NCBI GenBank assembly: GCA_054661495.1 | Contig: BAAFSQ010000503.1 | Span: 1-5,118, forward strand | Length of the DNA stretch: 5,118 bases | Reading direction: 5' to 3' | From: Zygophlyctis sp. KS116 | Lineage: Eukaryota > Fungi > Chytridiomycota | Shown: positions 1-5,118 of the stretch, in pieces | Position numbering within the stretch: the first letter of the stretch is position 1 | Layout of the letters: the number at the start of each line of letters is the position of its first letter | Translations under genes and position numbers: made by a program | Notes under the pieces: generated by a model | Databases searched by the model: none | The model's input: only the letters and a program-made list of their open reading frames with translations | What the model was told of the DNA's origin: nothing

Positions 1-76
1 CAAGAGATAAGATAGATCGATCGGATCGAAGACTACAAACAATACATCGCGTTTATCTGAAAGTCGTGATTTAACA

Positions 77-80
77 AAAT
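77..80 (+). repeat. Left target-site duplication AAAT
   Basis: AAAT at 77-80 matches AAAT at 5038-5041. The 5-bp comparison (AAAAT vs AAATT) does not match. Confidence 0.85.
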
Positions 81-246
81 TGTTACAATTCAATGATCTC
101 ATTCCTAATTAAAGCCTATTAAGGGATGTTATAATCAGGCTTTACTCAAATTATGTGTGAACTCCAACCAAGTAAAAACGGAGATGTAATGCATTATTCT
201 TTTATTTCTTTTCTACTTCTAATTCAATTATGAAACATCTATGTGC

Positions 247-269
247 CGATCAAACACCAAATTTGATCG
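247..269. repeat. 8-bp perfect inverted repeat in U3 (CGATCAAA-N7-TTTGATCG); copy at 4878-4900
   Basis: Arms 247-254 and 262-269 are exact reverse complements. Confidence 0.8.
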
Positions 270-290
270 AATCTGAAACAACTTCTTAAC

Positions 291-298
291 TATAAAAG
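291..298 (+). promoter_or_regulatory. TATA box (TATAAAAG) of the LTR promoter; copy at 4922-4929
   Basis: Consensus TATAWAAR located 33 nt upstream of an Inr-like TC-A(324) that coincides with the start of the self-primer. Confidence 0.75.
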
Positions 299-323
299 AT
301 GGTTACTTTTGAAACTAGTATTC

Positions 324-336
324 ATAATTGGATTAT
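324..336 (+). other. Predicted transcription start (A324) and self-primer ATAATTGGATTAT (start of R)
   Basis: Inr-like TCA context, TATA spacing, and 13/13 complementarity to the PBS. Confidence 0.75.
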
Positions 337-409
337 CTTAGTTTTTAGTTATCAACTAATAGCTTTCTTAATTGAGTTTCCCTTAATAATCCAGCTAATC
401 GCAACAAGT

Positions 410-422
410 ATAATCCAATTAT
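410..422 (+). promoter_or_regulatory. Primer-binding site, self-priming type (ATAATCCAATTAT)
   Basis: Starts 3 nt after the 5' LTR, lacks the TGG expected for tRNA CCA pairing, and is the exact reverse complement of 324-336 in the LTR. Confidence 0.88.
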
Positions 423-428
423 ATCTCT

Positions 429-1343
429 ATGCCTCCTAAGCCTCCTCCTCCTGTTCAACCCGAACCCGGTTTACAAGCTTTAAATGATTTGGTGCAATTA
501 GTCCAGTCTCTTTCGGACAGATTAGCATCAATGGAAGCACGAGCCGAAGCTGATCGTGTGACAGCCCGTCAAGTGGCTGAAGCACAAACTCATCAATCAG
601 AACAAGCAGTTTCCCCAGGCCTATCTCAGACACTTTCTATTAATACTGCTTCTTCTTCAATTGATAACAAAATCAAAGCATCTTTACCGGACAAATTCGA
701 TGGATCTGCTTCTAATTATGATTCATTCGTCCAATCTGTGGACAACTTCTTCGCTTTAAAATCATCAGTCTATTCAACCGATGAAATTCGAGTTCGCACT
801 GTTGGGACCCTCTTAACAAAATCGGCTCTCTCTTGGTTTGGTACCTTAGTCAAAACAAAGTCTGCACTTTTATCAAATTACAATTTATTCATGAAAGAGC
901 TTGAAAGATTATTTTCTGATCCAAATTTAAAGGAAAATGCTCAGCAGAAAATAAGAAATCTTCGCCAAGGGACAGGATCTGCTCTAGCTTACTCTTCAAA
1001 ATTTCGAATTCTTGCAATCGACACTGGATTTAATAATGACGCTCTAATGGCCGTTTTTAAAAATGGTCTGAAAGAAGAAATTAAGGACATTATGGCCAAA
1101 TCAACTGATCCTTCTCCGAAGACTCTTGAAGATCTAATTGCATCAGCTACCAGACTCGATAACAGAATATATGAAAGAAAGAAGGAAACTCTTGAACAAT
1201 CTCCAAAGAAACCTTATTTCTCTCGATCTCTTAGTTCACTCACCCCACGATTTAAGAAGCTCAGTTATGCTGAAAAACAAAGAAGAATTAAAGAAAATCT
1301 TTGTCTTTATTGTGGTGACAAAGGTCACTCTCATTCAAATTGC
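429..1343 (+). other. Gag region: Pro-rich N-terminus, predicted coiled coil, sushi/PEG10-like capsid, zinc knuckle at 1302-1343
   Basis: PPKPPPP; ALNDLVQLVQSLSDRLASMEARAEA; LPDKFDG (684); LRQGTGSALAYSSKF...FKNGLKEEIKD; CLYCGDKGHSHSNC. Boundaries approximate. Confidence 0.88.
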
Positions 1344-4300
1344 TCTAAGAAAAAGTCTTTCAGCTCAACTGGAACTTCTGGTGGATCTGTATCTCCTATA
1401 ACTCCAGAATCTACTGGTGCCTCCGGCGAATCATCTACTCCGCTCGCAGCTGTCATCGATAGCCGCTCATTTATGGTGGAAGTTTCTCTACTTATTCAAG
1501 GTAAAGAAATAATTGTGGAAGCTCTTCTTGATTCCGGAGCTTCAGCAAACTTCCTTGATCTATCATTTGCCGAAGATTTAAATCTATCTACTCTGTCTAC
1601 ATCAAAGAATCTTAGTCTCGCCGATGGTTCCCCATTGTGCAATATTTCAAAAATTACAAATGCTGAAGTCACTTCTCTCGGAAAAGATGGATCATTATCA
1701 TGTGTTTCTACTGACTTTCTGGTTTCAAAACTTCAATTTAAATGCATTCTAGGACTCCCCTGGATGACTAAAACCCGACCAGTAATCAACTGGGACACAT
1801 TAACTATCTCTTTTAATAATCAGATTTCAATCGCTGCTATTAATCCAGAATGTATTCCTAAAGAATATCAAGAATTCTCAAAAATCTTTAACCCAAACAA
1901 GGCGGTATCCCTGCCTCCTCTTCGATCTTTGGACATGGAAATAAATCTCAAAGACGATTCTAAACCTCCTAAGAAACAACCAATTTATTCATTATCTTTA
2001 AAAGAGCAAAATAGTCTAAAGGAATGGATTAAGGTGAACTTAGATCAAGGACTAATCCGGCCTTCAAAATCAGAATATGGAGCCCCTATATTTTTCGTTC
2101 CTAAGAAAGATGGAACATTGAGACCTTGTATTGATTATCGAGATTTAAATCAAAACACTAAGTTGGACGTTCATCCATTACCACTTATTGCACAGCTGAT
2201 GGATCAATTGGCTCATTCTAAAATCTTTACCAAACTCGACCTGCGTGGAGCATATAACTTAGTCAGAATTAAAGATGGTGATCAATACAAGGCAGCCTTC
2301 AGGTGTAGAGACGGACACTATGAACCTATGGTTATTCAATTTGGTCTTACCAACGCCCCTGCCGTTTTTCAACGCTTTATGAATTCTATTTTTCAAGATC
2401 TTCTGGATAAGTTTGTTATCATCTACCTAGATGACATTCTCATTTTCTCAAAGGATTATGAAGCCCATGTGCAACATGTCAAGGAAGTACTTAAACGACT
2501 CAAAAAAAACGATCTTACTGTCAAACTGGAAAAGTGTTTATTCCATACTAGTAAGCTAGATTTTCTAGGATATATAATTAATGATGAAGGAATATCAATG
2601 GATCCCAGTAAAACAAATGCTATTTCTAAGTTCCCCGCTCCAACTAATGTTTCGCAATTGCGCTCTTTTCTTGGTCTTTGCAATTTCTACAGAGGATTTG
2701 TTCAGAATTATAGTCAAATAGCTAAACCTTTAACTGACCTGACTGGAAAAATAGCTTTTCAATGGAATACAGAGACTGAACGTGCATTTAATCTGCTAAA
2801 AGAAAAACTAACTAGTGAAGTGATGCTACCGTACCCAGACCAGCTGAAACCATTCTTTTTATCAACAGACGCATCCGATCATAGTATGGGTGGTGTGCTC
2901 TCCCAAATGGATAAGGAACAAAAACTAAGACCTGTTGCTTTCTTCTCGCGCAAGTTTACTGATGCAGAAAGAAATTACTCCGTATATGATAAGGAATTGT
3001 TATCAATTATAGACTGTCTCAAATTTTGGAGACATTACCTAGTTTCTCCTGTGGAACCAACTAAAATCCTTACAGATCACAAAAATTTATTGTTTTTCAA
3101 AACACCTCATCTTCTAAAACCTCGCCATGCACGATGGGCTGAACTTTTATCCCAATTTCCATTTACGCTAGCTCATGTGCCAGGTAATTTAAATCGTGTA
3201 GCAGATGCTTTAAGCCGTGCAAACTCATCTCCTGATCCCATGCCAAACAAGTTGCAACCAATCATAGTGCTACCAGATGAAAAATGGACATTGAATGCAA
3301 TAAATAGTGATTCTGAATGGCCTTTACTGATATACTTTTTTCTCAAAAATGATAAATGGCCTAATGGACTTTCAGAAGAAAAATTAGAATTGGTGAATAA
3401 AGAACTCAAAAACTTTATTATCAAAGACAATTTGTTATATTATCAATATGCCAAAAAGGATTACTTATATGTTCCAATTGATGAACGTACACCTATTTTG
3501 AAACGCTATCATGATTACCTTGGACATCTTGCTTCAAAATCAATTATTGACTTACTTACTCGACATTACTGGTGGCCTGATCTTGAAAATGACTTAAAAA
3601 ATTATATATCTCAATGTCCTAAATGTCAGCTTAACAAATCTCTACCGAAAAACATTTCAAAACAAATGGAAACTCCCCCTCGACCAATTCCTCCAGTAGG
3701 CCTCCCATTTGAACGCTGGGGATTGGATTTCGTGCAAAATCTACCAGAAACTGAATCAGGGAATAAGCATATCATCACCGCCATTGATTATGCAACAAGG
3801 TGGCCGGTCGCAAAAGCAGTTCCAAAAATGGATACAGAAACCGTCTTATCTTTTCTCTACGAATTAGTTACAAATTACGGTGCACCTATAGAAATCATCA
3901 CTGATCGAGGAAAATCATTGTTATCTGAAGCTGTGACAGAATATGAAAAGAGAAATTTGATAAAACATCATGCATCTACATCGTACCACCCCCAAACAAA
4001 CGGAATGGTAGAACGTATGCATGCAATGTTAGGACATGCTATTACTTGTCTTTCAGAAGGACTACCAAAAAGATGGGATGAATTCCTTTCACAAACTCTT
4101 TTTTCAATGCGCGTAAGAACACACTCCACCACCGGCTACTCACCCTTTTACTTACTCTATGGTATAGATCCTAGACTTCCAATGGATCCAAGACCTCCAC
4201 CGGAAACTATGCGACCCTTGGATGACGAAGAATATGATGAATTTTGTTCTGAATATACTGCTCGAGAACTCGAAATTCTAGGTGAACACCGTGCCGCAGC

Positions 4301-4727
4301 ATATCATAAATCTCTTCAACAAGCAGCCAAAATTAAATCAAAACATACTAATGAGGAATCTGCTGATTATTTCTTTGAAGAAGGAGATATGGTCAAAGTC
4401 AAACATCATGGAAAGACAAAGTTCGAGTTTAAATGGAAAGGTCCGTATTTTATTTTAAGACGAGCTCACCCAGGAACTTATTTTATCATGTCTCCTCGGG
4501 GTGATGTTTGGAAATCTCCTGTTAACCAATGCAATTTAGCGCCTTGGCTTTCTAAAACAGAGGATAATATTGATTTTTTTTATGATGGTACTACTCGAGA
4601 ATGGAATGTTAACTCAGATGTAATAGCAACACTTAACTTTACAAAGCTCTGGGATTTTTCGACTAGTGAATTAGCGCCTTCACTTCCCTCCGGCCTTTTT
4701 GTGGGGGATAGTGTTACAATTCAATGA
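429..4727 (+). CDS. gag-pol: Single-ORF Gag-Pol polyprotein (1432 aa): capsid, CCHC nucleocapsid, aspartic protease, reverse transcriptase, RNase H, integrase
   Basis: Uninterrupted ORF with LPDKFDG, CX2CX4HX4C, LLDSGA, YLDD, TDASD/KELL/TDH/ADALSR, HHCC, D-D35E and GPY motifs. First ATG downstream of the predicted TSS. Stop TGA at 4725-4727 lies within the 3' LTR. Confidence 0.97.
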   Translation: MPPKPPPPVQPEPGLQALNDLVQLVQSLSDRLASMEARAEADRVTARQVAEAQTHQSEQAVSPGLSQTLSINTASSSIDNKIKASLPDKFDGSASNYDSFVQSVDNFFALKSSVYSTDEIRVRTVGTLLTKSALSWFGTLVKTKSALLSNYNLFMKELERLFSDPNLKENAQQKIRNLRQGTGSALAYSSKFRILAIDTGFNNDALMAVFKNGLKEEIKDIMAKSTDPSPKTLEDLIASATRLDNRIYERKKETLEQSPKKPYFSRSLSSLTPRFKKLSYAEKQRRIKENLCLYCGDKGHSHSNCSKKKSFSSTGTSGGSVSPITPESTGASGESSTPLAAVIDSRSFMVEVSLLIQGKEIIVEALLDSGASANFLDLSFAEDLNLSTLSTSKNLSLADGSPLCNISKITNAEVTSLGKDGSLSCVSTDFLVSKLQFKCILGLPWMTKTRPVINWDTLTISFNNQISIAAINPECIPKEYQEFSKIFNPNKAVSLPPLRSLDMEINLKDDSKPPKKQPIYSLSLKEQNSLKEWIKVNLDQGLIRPSKSEYGAPIFFVPKKDGTLRPCIDYRDLNQNTKLDVHPLPLIAQLMDQLAHSKIFTKLDLRGAYNLVRIKDGDQYKAAFRCRDGHYEPMVIQFGLTNAPAVFQRFMNSIFQDLLDKFVIIYLDDILIFSKDYEAHVQHVKEVLKRLKKNDLTVKLEKCLFHTSKLDFLGYIINDEGISMDPSKTNAISKFPAPTNVSQLRSFLGLCNFYRGFVQNYSQIAKPLTDLTGKIAFQWNTETERAFNLLKEKLTSEVMLPYPDQLKPFFLSTDASDHSMGGVLSQMDKEQKLRPVAFFSRKFTDAERNYSVYDKELLSIIDCLKFWRHYLVSPVEPTKILTDHKNLLFFKTPHLLKPRHARWAELLSQFPFTLAHVPGNLNRVADALSRANSSPDPMPNKLQPIIVLPDEKWTLNAINSDSEWPLLIYFFLKNDKWPNGLSEEKLELVNKELKNFIIKDNLLYYQYAKKDYLYVPIDERTPILKRYHDYLGHLASKSIIDLLTRHYWWPDLENDLKNYISQCPKCQLNKSLPKNISKQMETPPRPIPPVGLPFERWGLDFVQNLPETESGNKHIITAIDYATRWPVAKAVPKMDTETVLSFLYELVTNYGAPIEIITDRGKSLLSEAVTEYEKRNLIKHHASTSYHPQTNGMVERMHAMLGHAITCLSEGLPKRWDEFLSQTLFSMRVRTHSTTGYSPFYLLYGIDPRLPMDPRPPPETMRPLDDEEYDEFCSEYTARELEILGEHRAAAYHKSLQQAAKIKSKHTNEESADYFFEEGDMVKVKHHGKTKFEFKWKGPYFILRRAHPGTYFIMSPRGDVWKSPVNQCNLAPWLSKTEDNIDFFYDGTTREWNVNSDVIATLNFTKLWDFSTSELAPSLPSGLFVGDSVTIQ
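1467..1815 (+). other. Retropepsin aspartic protease domain
   Basis: ALLDSGASANF (catalytic D codon 1530-1532) and ILGLPW (1746 onward). Boundaries approximate. Confidence 0.9.
1980..2600 (+). other. Reverse transcriptase domain
   Basis: PIFFVPKKDGTLRPCIDYRDLN, FTKLDLRGAYNLVRI, FGLTNAPAVFQ, YLDD (2424-2435), FLGYII. Boundaries approximate. Confidence 0.97.
2850..3218 (+). other. Ty3-type RNase H domain
   Basis: Catalytic D (TDASD, 2868), E (KELL, 2994), D (TDHKNL, 3075), D (ADALSR, 3204). Confidence 0.95.
3462..4548 (+). other. Integrase: HHCC zinc finger, DDE core, GPY/F module; no chromodomain
   Basis: H3510/H3525/C3615/C3624; D3726 (WGLDF), D3903 (ITDRG), E4011 (GMVER) with exact D-35-E spacing; KWKGPY (GPY at 4440-4448). 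Boundaries approximate. Confidence 0.95.
4701..4711 (+). promoter_or_regulatory. Polypurine tract (GTGGGGGATAG) with upstream T5 tract
   Basis: G-rich run abutting the 3' LTR TG and preceded by TTTTT (4696-4700). Confidence 0.85.
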
Positions 4728-5037
4728 TCTCATTCCTAATTAAAGCCTATTAAGGGATGTTATAATCAGGCTTTACTCAAATTATGTGTGAACTCCAACC
4801 AAGTAAAAACGGAGATGTAATGCATTATTCTTTTATTTCTTTTCTACTTCTAATTCAATTATGAAACATCTATGTGCCGATCAAACACCAAATTTGATCG
4901 AATCTGAAACAACTTCTTAACTATAAAAGATGGTTACTTTTGAAACTAGTATTCATAATTGGATTATCTTAGTTTTTAGTTATCAACTAATAGCTTTCTT
5001 AATTGAGTTTCCCTTAATAATCCAGCTAATCGCAACA
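4712..5037 (+). repeat. 3' LTR (326 bp)
   Basis: Copy of 81-406 at offset 4631, immediately preceded by the PPT. Confidence 0.98.
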
Positions 5038-5041
5038 AAAT
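5038..5041 (+). repeat. Right target-site duplication AAAT
   Basis: Directly follows the terminal CA of the 3' LTR and matches 77-80. Confidence 0.85.
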
Positions 5042-5118
5042 TGTTATCTTGAACTCAAATTATATGGATTGATCAATTGCTGATGTAAACATGTGAAAAT
5101 CGCGAAGATTTATTGCTT

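Larger units (their letters stand above)
81..406 (+). repeat. 5' LTR (326 bp)
   Basis: Begins TGTTACAATT, ends AATCGCAACA (imperfect terminal inverted repeat, 8/10). Direct repeat of 4712-5037 with no mismatch seen by eye. Confidence 0.98.
81..5037 (+). mobile_element. Full-length Ty3/Gypsy LTR retrotransposon, self-priming (Tf1/sushi-like) type
   Basis: Paired direct LTRs with TG...CA ends, flanking AAAT duplication, PBS, PPT, and a polyprotein with Gypsy domain order PR-RT-RH-IN. Confidence 0.98.

Noticed and set aside
6-29. GATA/GATC short repeats in the left flank
   Set aside because: Short low-complexity run truncated by the window edge, with no regular period or spacers; not CRISPR-like.
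76-80. Canonical 5-bp TSD
   Set aside because: AAAAT (76-80) differs from AAATT (5038-5042); only the 4-bp AAAT matches with TG/CA termini.
407-425. tRNA-complementary PBS
   Set aside because: No TGG near the LTR end, and the sequence is fully explained by complementarity to 324-336. Internal tRNA-half priming was not tested by search.
436-633. 65-aa minus-strand ORF
   Set aside because: Antisense to gag, short, no recognisable motif; expected shadow ORF.
1138-1401. 87-aa +1-frame ORF as an independent gene
   Set aside because: Starts at TTG, which is implausible for an internal eukaryotic start. Considered only as a possible frameshift tail.
2504-2510. In-frame A-AAA-AAC slippery heptamer
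   Set aside because: Lies mid-RT where a -1 shift would only truncate the enzyme; no obvious downstream stimulator, and A runs are common in this AT-rich sequence.
2456-2683. 75-aa minus-strand ORF
   Set aside because: Antisense to RT with no motif or expression signals.
3173-3430. 85-aa minus-strand ORF
   Set aside because: Antisense to the RH/IN linker with no motif.
4685-4708. Possible hairpin TCCCTC/GGGGGA masking the PPT
   Set aside because: Only 6 bp including a G-U pair, with a 12-nt loop; too weak to support.
4549-4711. env-like or additional ORF
   Set aside because: No space: the pol frame runs directly into the 3' LTR.
4712-5037. Polyadenylation signal and R/U5 boundary
   Set aside because: No AATAAA downstream of the predicted R start; the T-rich stretches are not specific enough to place a site.

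Overview
The window holds one complete, apparently intact and very recent Ty3/Gypsy (Metaviridae) LTR retrotransposon at 81-5037 (4957 bp) from an AT-rich eukaryote, probably a fungus (inference). It has two 326-bp LTRs identical by eye (81-406, 4712-5037) and a single uninterrupted Gag-PR-RT-RNaseH-IN ORF (429-4727) that ends inside the 3' LTR. There is a PPT and a 4-bp target-site duplication (AAAT). No tRNA primer-binding site is present: the PBS (410-422) is perfectly complementary to the predicted first 13 nt of the element's own transcript (324-336), i.e. Tf1/sushi-type self-priming. Three things are unusual. (1) The Gag/RT half looks chromoviral (Tf1/sushi-like), but the integrase looks non-chromoviral, lacks a chromodomain and leaves a 4-bp TSD, suggesting an integrase swap. 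(2) Both flanks, immediately beyond the TSD, read TGTTA outward like element termini and resemble a segment of this LTR, suggesting repeated insertion at one 4-bp site or a target that mimics the att ends. (3) A second PPT/att-like end is nested 46 bp inside the LTR. All comparisons were made by eye; no searches were run.
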